From IMG/VR virus record IMGVR_UViG_3300049049_000237, positions 127,682 through 191,681 of that record: a DNA stretch of 64,000 nucleotides; one strand, written 5' to 3'. Shown here one piece after another: positions 30,101-39,512 of this stretch. This DNA comes from a virus. How positions within the stretch are numbered: position 1 is the first letter of the stretch; each line of letters starts with the position of its first letter. The position numbers were made by a program, and so were the translations under genes. The notes under the pieces were generated by a model, which saw nothing but the letters and a program-made list of their open reading frames with translations, made no database searches and was not told the DNA's origin.

Positions 30101-31112
30101 CGTCGGGCTCCGACCCCGCCGAACCGATGCGGCTCACGAAGTGGCCGTCGGTCGCGCTGATGCGGCGCGTGGTCGTGTTGCCGTCCCCGTCGTCGATCGC
30201 GGTGCCCGAGCCGTACGCGGACCCGAAGGAGTCGTCCGGGCGGATCTCGCCCAGGCTCCCGCCCTTCACGATGTCGCGCTCCATCTCGGGATCCTTCATC
30301 CCGATGACCTGGATGCTTCGGATCGCGGGGAAGTTGTTCTTGAGCTCCGAGAGGATACCGCGCTGCACGGTGAGCGTGCGATCGCTCAGCGTGGTCTCGA
30401 CGCGGCCCACGAAGTCGATGCTGGTCTCTCGCGGCAGGCCGCCCTGGAAGCGGTTGACGTTCCGGATGCGCGCGGCCGACGGGAGGTTCGCGATCGAGGT
30501 GATCTCGTTGCGGTCGATGTTGTACTCGTCGCCTCGCTTCTCAGCGCGGTACGTGATGTCGACGTAGTACTCGTTGCCGTCCCGGTTGAGCGCCATCTGG
30601 CTCGACGTGATCGTCTGCGTCGGGCTCGGCACGAAGCGAAGTCCGCTCCGCGTGGTGGCCACCTGGATGAGCGAGAAGGTCACCGTCTGGGGCGCGAGGA
30701 ACCAGATGCGGATCGTTCCGCGCGAGTACCCACCTGCCTGGCGGGACTCGAAGAAGTTCCCCATCAGCGAGTCGATCTCGTCGTCCGACAAGCTCTCGAC
30801 GTTCGCCACGCCGCCCTGGCGCAGCTTCGCGAGCTTGATCTCTCGGACGAGAGGCTCCATCAGCACCTGCATCGGGCTGATGAGGGTGTCTTCGAGGGCC
30901 TGGGTGTCTTCGATCGCCAGGTCCGGGAACATCTGTGCGACGCGCGACTGCACGAAGGTCGCGATGTCCGTGTCGAAGGGGTCGATGCCGATACGCGTGA
31001 TGATCGGCTCGATGATCTCGACTTGCGCGCGGCCGCCCTCCGACAAGTCGATGTCGGGCTGGAACCGAAGCAGCAGGTCCTGGAGGAAGGTACGAAGGTC
31101 GCTCTGGGCCAT
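27108..31112 (-). CDS. Baseplate J-like (gp6-like) protein with large insertions
   Basis: N-terminal NFFESR..G..SRG.IR, G..YNI....I, N...FQGG...ET pattern; follows the gp25-like gene. Confidence 0.78.
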   Translation of the reverse strand: MAQSDLRTFLQDLLLRFQPDIDLSEGGRAQVEIIEPIITRIGIDPFDTDIATFVQSRVAQMFPDLAIEDTQALEDTLISPMQVLMEPLVREIKLAKLRQGGVANVESLSDDEIDSLMGNFFESRQAGGYSRGTIRIWFLAPQTVTFSLIQVATTRSGLRFVPSPTQTITSSQMALNRDGNEYYVDITYRAEKRGDEYNIDRNEITSIANLPSAARIRNVNRFQGGLPRETSIDFVGRVETTLSDRTLTVQRGILSELKNNFPAIRSIQVIGMKDPEMERDIVKGGSLGEIRPDDSFGSAYGSGTAIDDGDGNTTTRRISATDGHFVSRIGSAGSEPDGYYVTLVYGSPPVFKDVQVTEVISDTDILVDIELPSFPLSVSWALRKKELTISDIPGGITLPDTPDGELVITSDEVHIGGKTDVYLAGETSEETVAIEGLSDEEPLAMGFDAETVASPGVDADWIVINDPTGGAAALLASIEGQNYSIVLSEGVDIGSYAIRDARVDGTTVEVRVPVEMTGTQGGISWKIVNEISVELTEPKDIKVDGEDMVLVAGNNSVTTLSSTNFIDANVQQNDTLRLEGDFVGGDYNIDAVGPVQLTISPTPERTVSNVRYTIFRAGEAVQTPVVRVKELQLLDSGGAPNGVVIPYRDPVVVMTRGFQNEGSGLTYEGFPDRIGLVTGALGATVAFGAGQTLIFNFRNATRPYAGQTATHTLNLVGSLTPAQIVSAINADVTLAGRSVFASLISYNGQSFVGIYCPEWVQMDLAGTANVSLGFNTADRPSTNIEIVISAHNPREGDLIEFVDGNNRGTTRVLFRNSGTATSFLVGSGPVSDFTTPLYAVTPLLPEVGVRIRIGRPSVGSARVYFLDPTSAEFHYDATRLTTLVGTDLLEYRPDPENQRIVQPAPPLTELPKGGETSTGSVNNVFGDTEVNFQALGVRDGDILEVLYRPITSTAALSSPGTIAGIIGQTLILRLAENPWITVSFSVALTRDDIAEFINEQVGEEIATIDGSGYLVLEGDVQITIRDDSTILGGSDPLLLAGAPRSTAHPRAGRYIITDVEPNTLTLSPDTVFASTTAVADTAYRIVRHVQRISSTEMNDNQDGTGLYYVDVELLSLAPGDRNNAPANLSMEITGHVSDGYRLYTDNDTLSYSRAERLFAEISRTILLVGSSDSPEEYVQLSQQNVQVSYDRSQLVDDVQSFCDSDDHRVVVEEILARHLLPHYVNITWRYAGGETEVSMRTALTTYLDAIGSDEELEIVDMTKVMTSRGATSIYNIDSESPTGRSAPILVIIYHTIDRQMRALLVRDYAKTSRTQRFIADDLAIVRIAPGGIRA

Positions 31113-31115
31113 GAC

Positions 31116-31772
31116 TCACTGCCTCACGAGGGTAGCGGCCGCACTGGTTCCTGCGTGCGACTCGACGCCGACGGACATGAAGATCTGCCCCTCGCGGGGC
31201 GAAATGGACAGACCGAGCACCGATGCGGTCAGCAGGCGCTCTTCGGGAGGGATGCGGCGGTTGGGGGTCTGGATCGCGATGAGCTGCTGCCGCGTGCGGG
31301 CCACTGCCACCGAGAGCTCTGCGCCGACGCGATCGCGGGCGTTGGGCCCGATGAGCTGCCCGATCGCGCGCTGCAACCCGCCGCCGAGCGTCTTGTGGAA
31401 CGCGTTCGATCCCGGCGTACGCAGGAGAATCCGCGCGAACGTCTGCACGAGCAGCAAGGTCCCGGACACCGTCTGGGGCCGCGTCCCGATCGACCACTCC
31501 ACGAGCGAGCGCTCGCTGAACGTGAGGGACGAGGACAGCACGTACGCCGACGTGATCGCCTCGCGCCGCTGATCGATCGGCACCTGCGCCAGGATCTGGG
31601 ACTCCGACATCACCACGAACTCGGGCGATGGGGAGTTGTTCAAGTACACCGACTCGATGCTCTTGAAGCCGCGTCCCGACAGCATGACGCTGCGCGGCGA
31701 CACGCCAGGCACGGAGGCGATGCCTGTCACCGGCACGACGTCGCTCAGACGAACTACCTGGAAGTCGATCAC
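31116..31772 (-). CDS. gp25-like baseplate wedge subunit with N-terminal Ig-like domain
   Basis: SG...LVQ.F..ILL.TPGS..FH...GGG motif. Confidence 0.72.
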   Translation of the reverse strand: MIDFQVVRLSDVVPVTGIASVPGVSPRSVMLSGRGFKSIESVYLNNSPSPEFVVMSESQILAQVPIDQRREAITSAYVLSSSLTFSERSLVEWSIGTRPQTVSGTLLLVQTFARILLRTPGSNAFHKTLGGGLQRAIGQLIGPNARDRVGAELSVAVARTRQQLIAIQTPNRRIPPEERLLTASVLGLSISPREGQIFMSVGVESHAGTSAAATLVRQ

Positions 31773-32092
31773 GTCGAGCCCTCGGTGTCGGGGGTGTTGG
31801 CGTCGGTGTCCGGATCGGAAGCCCGGAACGCATCCGGAGGCGTGTTCTTCATCGCCTCGATCGCGTTGTCCATGTCGAGCTTGATCTTCTCCAGCCGGGC
31901 GAGATGGCCAGCTCGCGTGCCCGCCGGTGCCTCGATCCGCTCGATGCGCTGGTCGATCAGCTCTTCGAGCCCGATGCTCGTGAACGAGCTCGCGATCTCA
32001 GCGCTCCGGATGAAGCCGACAGCATTCGCCACCGTCTCCCGGAACTGCTGAAGGGTCTCACGCTGCTCTTCAGCAGCCGTGCGCTCGGTCAT
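31769..32092 (-). CDS. Hypothetical protein
   Basis: Leaderless-type start, coupled to next gene. Confidence 0.7.
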   Translation of the reverse strand: MTERTAAEEQRETLQQFRETVANAVGFIRSAEIASSFTSIGLEELIDQRIERIEAPAGTRAGHLARLEKIKLDMDNAIEAMKNTPPDAFRASDPDTDANTPDTEGST

Positions 32093-32112
32093 GCGCGAAG
32101 GCTACCACGCCC

Positions 32113-34671
32113 TCAGCCCAGGAAGCGACGCGAGCGCAGGCGCACCTCCGGCGAGCCCAACAGCGACTTCGCGAAGCGGGACACGGGCGCGACCTGCCTC
32201 GTGACGTCCGCTGCCGTTCGGATGAGGTTGGTCGAGTACGACACCCCGTCCGGATGCATGCTGAAGAACTCGCTCACGCGGAGCGTGGTGAGCAGGTCCG
32301 CTGCCCGGTCCATGCCCTGCTCCGTGAGCGTCCGCAGCACGTTGTCGACGGTGCGCTCGAACGGGACGACGTACTCTTCGATGTCTGCGAGGTCCTCCAG
32401 GCGCTCGTTGAATGCGTCGAGCGCCTGAAGCACAGAGGTGGTCGGAGCAGCGCCGGACACCAGCCTCGTGATCGCGAACTCCGCCGACTTGAAGTCCACG
32501 TCTTCAGTGAAGGTGCGGACGTTCTCCACGAGCGAGAGCCATGCGTCGTAGCGTCCGCTCTTGATGGTGTATGCCGTCGTGCCAGCGAAGTACGTGATGC
32601 CCGTCACGCTGATGCTGCCGAGACTCACCGACGTGATCTCGGTTTCGTCGCCGTCAGGCAGCACCAGCACGTCTCCGGCCTGTACGCCACGCGACAAGAA
32701 GTCGACGTTGGAGGTGGCCGCCAGCGACGTGAACTGGGCACGCGACTGGGTAGGCGACGTGGGCAGGCCCACGATCGTTGCGCCCGTCGAAGCAGGCCAC
32801 ACCGCGATGCCGTCTGCCGGAGTGGAGCCGGGAGCTGCCGCTACGAGGTAGGAGGTGAAGATGTTGGCGTTGACGGTGTCGAGCGTCGCGAAGAAGGTGC
32901 GGTCCAGCGTGAGCTGTCCGATGCTCCCGGACACCACGCGGTAGGGACCCCCGTTGAGCGGCTGCTCGGCCGACGTGAGGAGCACGCGAGCTCCCGAAGG
33001 CACGCCCGTGAAGTCCGCTCCGATGCGGTAGCTGCTCAGACCGTCGACCGCGATCTTCGTCGCGTCGAGAGCGGTCTCCAACCGCAGCGTGCCTCCCGAG
33101 ACCGACGAGATGCGGTGGTACTCGGCGGGCGCCGACGTGATGGGGCTGGAGGCCAACTGCGGCACCACGTAGAGGTAGTCGCCAGCGACAACCCCGAGCG
33201 AGGTGAAGTTCGTGCCCGAAGCGGAGAACAACGTCCCGCTGCCGGAGAGGTCGGTGCCGTCCACCTTCGAGAGGTCCAACACCGCCGACGGGCGGGTGAC
33301 CCCGCGGAAGACGCCGTACTCCGTGCGTACCTCCGAGAGCAGAACGCCCGGGTATGAGCCCCCGAGCTCCACGATCTGACGCGTGGTGATCGGCTGGCAC
33401 ACGGCGTAGGGGGTGATCCCCAGCAGAGCTGCCGCCGTCTTCTGCCCGTCCGTGGACGTGATCACCTCGATGCTGCTCACGTCTGCGGCCGAGTCCGACT
33501 GGATGCGGATCGCTCCGCTCACGATCGATGCGGCCACAGGCACCGCGTTCATCGCGATGTACGACTGGATGTCGGAGAGCAGCGCCGCGAGAGAGACGTA
33601 CGAGGAGCCCGACAAGAACGTCGAGTTCGGATAGAGCGTCCCGTCAACACGAAGACGGAACTCCGAGCCCACGGGAAAGAGAACCGGGAAAGTCCACGAG
33701 CTGCGCGTGGTGACGGCAGCGTTGCTCGTCGTTCCGAACGCGATCGTCGAAGTGACGACAGGGCTGCCGGTCTCGAACGAGATGTCGTCGCCCGACTCGA
33801 TGTTGAATGGGCCGCTCACGCTGCCCATGAGCGAGGCGGGGCTGGTCCCACCCGTACCTTCGAGGAGCGGGGCGTCGCCCACGAGCGGGGCGAGGATCTC
33901 CTGCGGCACCCGGAACGACGAGACCCTGGTCAGCAGCGTGCGCATGACCAAGAGCTCCAGCATCGACTCTCGGTGGGTCGTGAGGGTCTTGTCCGCTTCG
34001 AGCTGAACGGTGAGCTCGTCCAGCCGAGAACGCATCCGCGTGACCACTCCCTGCACGGCCTTCTCGGGCAGGCGCACCGCAGCGAGATTCGAGATCGCGT
34101 TCTCGATCGCGTCGCACAGCGTGAGCATCTGGGCGTGCCGGGTTTGTACGTCCGCCCACAGCGTTCGGATGCGAGCTCGAACCTCGTCCGCGGTCTCGGT
34201 AACCTCGTTGCTCTCGACGACGTTGTTGAAGAGCTCCTTGCGGATGAAGCGCTCGATCGATCGCCTGAAGCGCGAGACTTCGGGACCGAGCTCACGCGGG
34301 CCGGAGCCCACCACGCCCGAGTTCAGCGAGGTGTTGAGGTTGAGGAGCGCCGCCTGCGCGTTTGACAGATCGGCGGTCGTGCGCACCGGGCGGCCCCGAC
34401 GCACCAGCGCTGCCTTCGTCGAGTCCTGAAGGATGTACGTCAGCGCCTCGATCTGCTTCCGACGCAACGCTTCGAGGCGGTTCTTCGCGAGCCAGATGAC
34501 GTAGAAGTAGCTGTCCGGCTTGAGGAGCAGCGTGGTCGTCAGGAGCGAGTAGATGTCGTCGCGCGCTGCGAGGACATCGCGGGCACCCAGCGTTGTGCGG
34601 GGCGTCGAGATGCGTCCGAGCAGGAAGCGATCGATGACGGTCTGCTTCTCATCGGACGTGTACCCAGCCAT
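32113..34671 (-). CDS. Putative virion structural protein
   Basis: 852 aa; helical ends, beta-rich middle with GVxxGDxL repeats shared with baseplate proteins. Confidence 0.68.
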   Translation of the reverse strand: MAGYTSDEKQTVIDRFLLGRISTPRTTLGARDVLAARDDIYSLLTTTLLLKPDSYFYVIWLAKNRLEALRRKQIEALTYILQDSTKAALVRRGRPVRTTADLSNAQAALLNLNTSLNSGVVGSGPRELGPEVSRFRRSIERFIRKELFNNVVESNEVTETADEVRARIRTLWADVQTRHAQMLTLCDAIENAISNLAAVRLPEKAVQGVVTRMRSRLDELTVQLEADKTLTTHRESMLELLVMRTLLTRVSSFRVPQEILAPLVGDAPLLEGTGGTSPASLMGSVSGPFNIESGDDISFETGSPVVTSTIAFGTTSNAAVTTRSSWTFPVLFPVGSEFRLRVDGTLYPNSTFLSGSSYVSLAALLSDIQSYIAMNAVPVAASIVSGAIRIQSDSAADVSSIEVITSTDGQKTAAALLGITPYAVCQPITTRQIVELGGSYPGVLLSEVRTEYGVFRGVTRPSAVLDLSKVDGTDLSGSGTLFSASGTNFTSLGVVAGDYLYVVPQLASSPITSAPAEYHRISSVSGGTLRLETALDATKIAVDGLSSYRIGADFTGVPSGARVLLTSAEQPLNGGPYRVVSGSIGQLTLDRTFFATLDTVNANIFTSYLVAAAPGSTPADGIAVWPASTGATIVGLPTSPTQSRAQFTSLAATSNVDFLSRGVQAGDVLVLPDGDETEITSVSLGSISVTGITYFAGTTAYTIKSGRYDAWLSLVENVRTFTEDVDFKSAEFAITRLVSGAAPTTSVLQALDAFNERLEDLADIEEYVVPFERTVDNVLRTLTEQGMDRAADLLTTLRVSEFFSMHPDGVSYSTNLIRTAADVTRQVAPVSRFAKSLLGSPEVRLRSRRFLG

Positions 34672-34672
34672 G

Positions 34673-34960
34673 TCACTCCCCGAGGCGTAGCGATGCCAAG
34701 CGGTCGACGTCGTCGACGGTGAGCTTCAGGATCGCCTCCCGCACCTTCTTGTAGTTGAGCCCGAGCTCCGAACAGATAGCACGGAAGGTCATCGGCTCCT
34801 GACCATCCCAGAAGAGCCATCCGGCCGCATCCTCGGCGAGGAACTTCCGCTCCGTGTCCTCCGCGTTGCGGTAGTACACGAAGTCCATGACGGTCCTCCG
34901 AAGGATGTGAGAAAGCAGGCGCTGCTCGGGGGTGTATCCCCGAGGCGCCTCTTCTTCCAT
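34673..34960 (-). CDS. Small helical protein, possibly DNA-binding
   Basis: PEQRLLSHILRRTVMD...A.GWLF...TF..IC..LGL. Confidence 0.6.
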   Translation of the reverse strand: MEEEAPRGYTPEQRLLSHILRRTVMDFVYYRNAEDTERKFLAEDAAGWLFWDGQEPMTFRAICSELGLNYKKVREAILKLTVDDVDRLASLRLGE

Positions 34961-34967
34961 CTCGACG

Positions 34968-35879
34968 TCAGGGGTCCGTCGTGATTTCGGATTCATCGCC
35001 GATGACTGCCTCATCAGGGTCGTACGAGATGCTCGTGATGAGGCGGGTGATGCGGAGCGCCGCCGTACCGGCAGCCGAGCGTCGTAGAACAAGTCGATCA
35101 TCGAGCACCTGGAGGGACACTCCGTCACCTTCGACGGAGAACTCGACATCTTCCTGTGCAGTCCCGTCGATGACGTAGCCCGAGGAGAGCTCGACCTGAA
35201 CGTCGACTTCGAGCTCGTCATCGACCGCGATCGCCCACGGAGGGGCAGGGTCGAAGATCACCCGGTGCGGGCGCGGGAAGAGTACGTGGTTGATGTTCGC
35301 AGCAGGAAGATCGGGCACGAAGATGTTGCGCCCGGCGTTCTCGTGGCTCTCGATGACGGCGCGGTAGCAGCCGTTCCTCCAGAGGTCCACCTCGATATAC
35401 CCGTTGCGGTCCGTACGCACCGCGACCTTCTCGCCGAGGATGAGTTCGTCCCCGACGACCAACGGGTGGTAGCGGTAGATGAAGTGGATGTCGCGCCCAG
35501 GCCTGTAGCGTCCCGCTGGGTCCCGGATGTACCCGCTCAAGCGGCAGAGCTTCGGGTCCATCGACTGGGGATGCGTGAACACGTTCGCGTCGTTGAGGAT
35601 GAACGTGTTGGTGCCCGTGGGCGACTCGGAGATCGTCCCGTAGACGTCGATGTACTTCGGGTTCGGGATCGCGACCCCGGCCTTGTACGTGCGGAGCTGG
35701 TATCGTGTTGGAGGAGACTCCCCGTCCAACATGAACTGCACCAACCCGTCCGCGTCGGTGGTACCTTCGGTGACGACGGCCGCGCCGAGCGAGTCATACA
35801 CCCTGACGAGGACGCCAGAGACCGGGTCTGCCGGGACTCCTTGGGCGACGATCGTGATGTCGACTTCGACGACGGGCAT
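34968..35879 (-). CDS. Structural protein with prealbumin/Ig-like domains
   Basis: TDADG.V and TDRNG.I motifs. Confidence 0.65.
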   Translation of the reverse strand: MPVVEVDITIVAQGVPADPVSGVLVRVYDSLGAAVVTEGTTDADGLVQFMLDGESPPTRYQLRTYKAGVAIPNPKYIDVYGTISESPTGTNTFILNDANVFTHPQSMDPKLCRLSGYIRDPAGRYRPGRDIHFIYRYHPLVVGDELILGEKVAVRTDRNGYIEVDLWRNGCYRAVIESHENAGRNIFVPDLPAANINHVLFPRPHRVIFDPAPPWAIAVDDELEVDVQVELSSGYVIDGTAQEDVEFSVEGDGVSLQVLDDRLVLRRSAAGTAALRITRLITSISYDPDEAVIGDESEITTDP

Positions 35880-35896
35880 GGGCTGAAGGCTACCAC

Positions 35897-36166
35897 ATGA
35901 ACAGCAAAGACAAGAGCAACGCGATCAACACCACCACCTTCTCGCGGCTGCACGAAGAGCAGGTGCTGCTCGACGCGGCCACGAAGGGCTCGAAGATCCG
36001 GCTCACCTATCCGATGGCGAAGCGTGGACAGAAGACCGTCTACACGACGCTCGAAGATGGAGCCGAGCTGCCGCACTACGTCGGCAAGCAGCCCACGGAT
36101 GGCGAAGGCTGCACGTGCCTGATGTGCGTGTTCAAGCACGGCCGCTTCGGGCGCGGCCGCAACTAA
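35897..36166 (+). CDS. Small hypothetical protein on the opposite strand
   Basis: Fills the gap; H...CTCLMC at C-terminus. Confidence 0.6.
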   Translation: MNSKDKSNAINTTTFSRLHEEQVLLDAATKGSKIRLTYPMAKRGQKTVYTTLEDGAELPHYVGKQPTDGEGCTCLMCVFKHGRFGRGRN

Positions 36167-36199
36167 CAGCGAAGTATCAATCGCTCTCAGATTGAGAGT

Positions 36200-37705
36200 T
36201 CACGCCACCTGAGCCAGGCGGGCTGCGTGTCGAGCAACGAGCTCCACGAGGCCCGCCTTCTTCGTTTGCCCCTGCGCGTGCTGACGAAGCAGATCGCGAA
36301 CCTGGCTGTTCAGCGTGTCCTTGTCCTTCGACATCTGGGTCAGGTACTCGTCGATCGCGCCCGGCCTCTTCGCGCCGAAGAACTTCTTGATGCGGTTGGG
36401 CTCCGGGTGCACCGACTGGTAGTGCTCGACGGCGACGCGGCGCTGGTCCTCGGGGAGATGCTCGTGGCTCTTGTAGCGGATGCCGCGAGCGATCACCTGC
36501 TCCAGCTTCTCCTTGTTCCAGTGCGGTTCGAGCACCTGGATCTGCCGGGTCCCCTTGAGGTCGAGGCCCTCGCCGCCGGCCGACGACAGGAGCAGCGCCT
36601 TGAGCTTGCCCTCGTTGTAGTCGGCGACCATGCGATCGCGCTCGCTCTTCGGCATCTCGCCGGTGAACTTCCCGTACGCGACGTTGTGCTGCTTCAGGAG
36701 CGACTCGTACGGATGAATACCAGCGTCCAGGAAGTTCGAGTAGACGAGCGCGCGATGTTGCGGATTCGACTCCAAGTTCGTCGAGAGGCGCTTGTATGCC
36801 TCCTGGATCTTCGGGCTGAGCGCAACAGCATCATCAGGCGTCATCCCTTCCTGGAAGCCGCCAGGGCTGTTCGAGATCTGACGAACCGCGCTCGCGAACG
36901 CGTTCAGGTCCTTCGACTCCTGCTTGTTCGGCGGAAGCCCCTTGCGGACCTTGTACCGCACCCACGCGGGAGCCTTGCCCATCACCGACTCGTACATCTC
37001 GCGCTGCTTCGGGTGCATCGCGACCTGGACGGTCTGATCTTCGCGCTGCGGGAAGCCCTCGGTGCTGTTCTCGTGGAAGTCCACCCAGCGACCGAGATGC
37101 TTGCCGAGCTCCTCCTGGTTCTGGAGCTCGGTGACCGCTCCGGGCTTCACGCCGCGGAACGTGCGTGCGAACCAGCCTGGGTCGACCTTGCGCTCCCGGA
37201 TGTACTTCTTGTCGAACTCCTGCTGAACCGCCGGGAACACGTTCTGCCCCGAGGCGAGGTTCACGAGCGACGCGAGGTCGTACGGCCGGTTGTACGTCGG
37301 CGTGCCCGTCAGCAGCATCCGCTTCTTCGTGTCCGCCAGCCGGATCGCCTTCCGGCCCTCGGACTGCGGATCGCGAAGACGATGCGCCTCGTCGACGGTG
37401 AGTAGGTCCGACTGCGGGACCTTCTGCTTCAGCGCCACACGCTGGAGGCTGTCGATCTTGTACGAAGCCTCCGGCGTCCCTTCGATGTGCTTGCCCAGCT
37501 CCTTCTTGAAGTTCGACTGGAGCGCCGCCGGCACCACGACCGTGTTCTTCGCCTTCTGGTCTTCCGCGGTTGCGATCGCGGTGAGCGTCTTGCCCGAGCC
37601 CATGCCGTGCGCGACCACGAGGCCGGGCTGCGTGCGCATGCGCTCGACCACCCGCTGCTGATGCGGCTTGAGGTCGGTGATGATGTCGGCGAGCTTGCGC
37701 ATCAC
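36200..37705 (-). CDS. SNF2-family helicase/ATPase
   Basis: HGMGSGKT, VDEAH, LTGTP, SPK, GGEGLDL, EPHWN, QVIARGIR. Confidence 0.92.
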   Translation of the reverse strand: MMRKLADIITDLKPHQQRVVERMRTQPGLVVAHGMGSGKTLTAIATAEDQKAKNTVVVPAALQSNFKKELGKHIEGTPEASYKIDSLQRVALKQKVPQSDLLTVDEAHRLRDPQSEGRKAIRLADTKKRMLLTGTPTYNRPYDLASLVNLASGQNVFPAVQQEFDKKYIRERKVDPGWFARTFRGVKPGAVTELQNQEELGKHLGRWVDFHENSTEGFPQREDQTVQVAMHPKQREMYESVMGKAPAWVRYKVRKGLPPNKQESKDLNAFASAVRQISNSPGGFQEGMTPDDAVALSPKIQEAYKRLSTNLESNPQHRALVYSNFLDAGIHPYESLLKQHNVAYGKFTGEMPKSERDRMVADYNEGKLKALLLSSAGGEGLDLKGTRQIQVLEPHWNKEKLEQVIARGIRYKSHEHLPEDQRRVAVEHYQSVHPEPNRIKKFFGAKRPGAIDEYLTQMSKDKDTLNSQVRDLLRQHAQGQTKKAGLVELVARHAARLAQVA

Positions 37706-38658
37706 GACGTCCTGATCGCGAAGTCGATGTTGGGCTCCTGGATGCCGAACTCATCCTCGGTGACGAGATCCGGATCGAGGAGGTCGACGATGTCGATGTC
37801 CGCGTCGGTCGGCAGCGTGATGCGGCGCGTGAAGCCCGTACCCTCGACGTGCAGGTCGAAGGTCGAACCACGAAGAAGCCTGATCTCGGCGACGCCGTCT
37901 TCGTCGGTCCGCGCCTCTTCGTAGTGGCGGAACACGCCGTAGCCGACCACGCGGTTCGGCAGGAACGTGTTCGCGATGATGATCTTGCGCCCGTCGATGG
38001 GGCGGCCGCGCATGTCGACCAGCTTCACGTAGCAGGCGATGGTCGCGCTGTAAGGGAGCGCGGGCACCGCCGAAGCCGGAAGCGGAACGCTGAGCTCGCT
38101 CTCATCCGGCGAGAGGCTGTTGACGTACTGGGTCTTGTACCAGAAGTCCTTCGACGAGTTCTCGTCGGTGTACTGGTAGTCGTGCGTGTCCCCGTTCATC
38201 ACGAGGTCGGCGTCGAGGCCCAGCGCTGCGGTCCCGGTGACGAAGCCGAGCGCCACTGCACCGTCGGACTCCAGAATCTCGATCGACGATCCCGAGCCCG
38301 TCGAGGCTGCCGTGAGCACGAGGAAGCCGTCGTCGTCGCTCCCCACCACGAGAGCCGTCTCCGCCGCGATCGCCGCGATCACGTCCGCGGTGGTGGTCGG
38401 ATCCGGCCCCGCGAAGGCGACGTCGATCGTGACGCCGTCGACCTTGAGCGACAGCGTCTTGCCATCGAGCGCGTGTGGCTCGGCCGACCCGCTGCGCAGT
38501 TGCGCGGACGTGGCTGCCGGACCGGTCGCAGCTTCGTACACGCCGTTCGCACCGGTCCGCGAGCGGAACCAGCGGATGCGGTTGAAGCGGGCGAACACGG
38601 TGTCGAGGTCGATGACGACCTTCGCGATGGAGAGCGGCTTGTTGGTGATGACGGGCAT
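37702..38658 (-). CDS. Putative structural protein
   Basis: MPVITNKPL...; TGATG/GTGA coupling; TDEDG.A motif like 34968..35879. Confidence 0.68.
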   Translation of the reverse strand: MPVITNKPLSIAKVVIDLDTVFARFNRIRWFRSRTGANGVYEAATGPAATSAQLRSGSAEPHALDGKTLSLKVDGVTIDVAFAGPDPTTTADVIAAIAAETALVVGSDDDGFLVLTAASTGSGSSIEILESDGAVALGFVTGTAALGLDADLVMNGDTHDYQYTDENSSKDFWYKTQYVNSLSPDESELSVPLPASAVPALPYSATIACYVKLVDMRGRPIDGRKIIIANTFLPNRVVGYGVFRHYEEARTDEDGVAEIRLLRGSTFDLHVEGTGFTRRITLPTDADIDIVDLLDPDLVTEDEFGIQEPNIDFAIRTS

Positions 38659-39512
38659 CAGACACCTCCGCCAGCGAACCAGTTGCTCACGGCGTTCCAG
38701 GCGATCGTCTGTAGGACTTCGAGAGCGAGGGGGTTCGGCGGATCGAACGCACCAGCGAAGCGATCCGTCGTGGAGCCCGTCGCACCGACCGGAGAACGAC
38801 GGTAGATCGAAGCGTACTGCACGCACGCCATGAAGTAGTTCCCGGCGTCCGTGAGGTGGATGTCGTCGACGAAGAAGTCGCCGATCTCCGTGTACCCGGG
38901 CACCCCGCCGACATCGAGGACGTCGTAGAGCAGCGCCATCGCCTGCCCTCCGGGGATGATCAGCATGGGCGGAGCGGAGGGACGCGCAGCGTTGATGTCC
39001 TGCGCGATGGTCTGCCATCCCGTCAGATCGGTGTCGATCTGAGTGCGCCAGAGCGCATCGCTGCCTGCCGTCGTGCGCGAGCCCCAGTGCTCGTAGAGGT
39101 AGACCTGGCAGGTGGGGTTCTCGCCGACGAGCAGGTCGAAGAAGTTCCCGCCGTACAGGGCGGGATCGTTCGCCGCGATCTGGTCTGCGAGAGGCTGAGC
39201 CTCCGTGATGACGCCGACGTCGTACGCGGTGGCCGCGAGGTGCGTCAGGGTGTTGATGTCCTCGTCCGGCCACGACTGCCCGAGCGTCGGGTTCTCGTAC
39301 TGGAAGCGCAGACCCGCACCGATGCCGATCTTCGCGAACCACGTGTTCGTGTCGCCCAGATCGGTGGCGATGTCTTCGACCATCGCGGGGATGTCGAAGT
39401 TCTGGAGCGAGTGGCCGAGGTAGAACACGTTGAGCGTCTGGGGCCCGACCACCGGCGTGCCGGACCCTCGACGACGACGCGCTCCCGCGGCACCTCCGAT
39501 CGCGCCGATCAC
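38658..39512 (-). CDS. SGNH-hydrolase-like esterase
   Basis: FYLGHSL nucleophile block and DDIH catalytic block; GTG overlaps upstream TGA. Confidence 0.75.
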   Translation of the reverse strand: MIGAIGGAAGARRRRGSGTPVVGPQTLNVFYLGHSLQNFDIPAMVEDIATDLGDTNTWFAKIGIGAGLRFQYENPTLGQSWPDEDINTLTHLAATAYDVGVITEAQPLADQIAANDPALYGGNFFDLLVGENPTCQVYLYEHWGSRTTAGSDALWRTQIDTDLTGWQTIAQDINAARPSAPPMLIIPGGQAMALLYDVLDVGGVPGYTEIGDFFVDDIHLTDAGNYFMACVQYASIYRRSPVGATGSTTDRFAGAFDPPNPLALEVLQTIAWNAVSNWFAGGGV

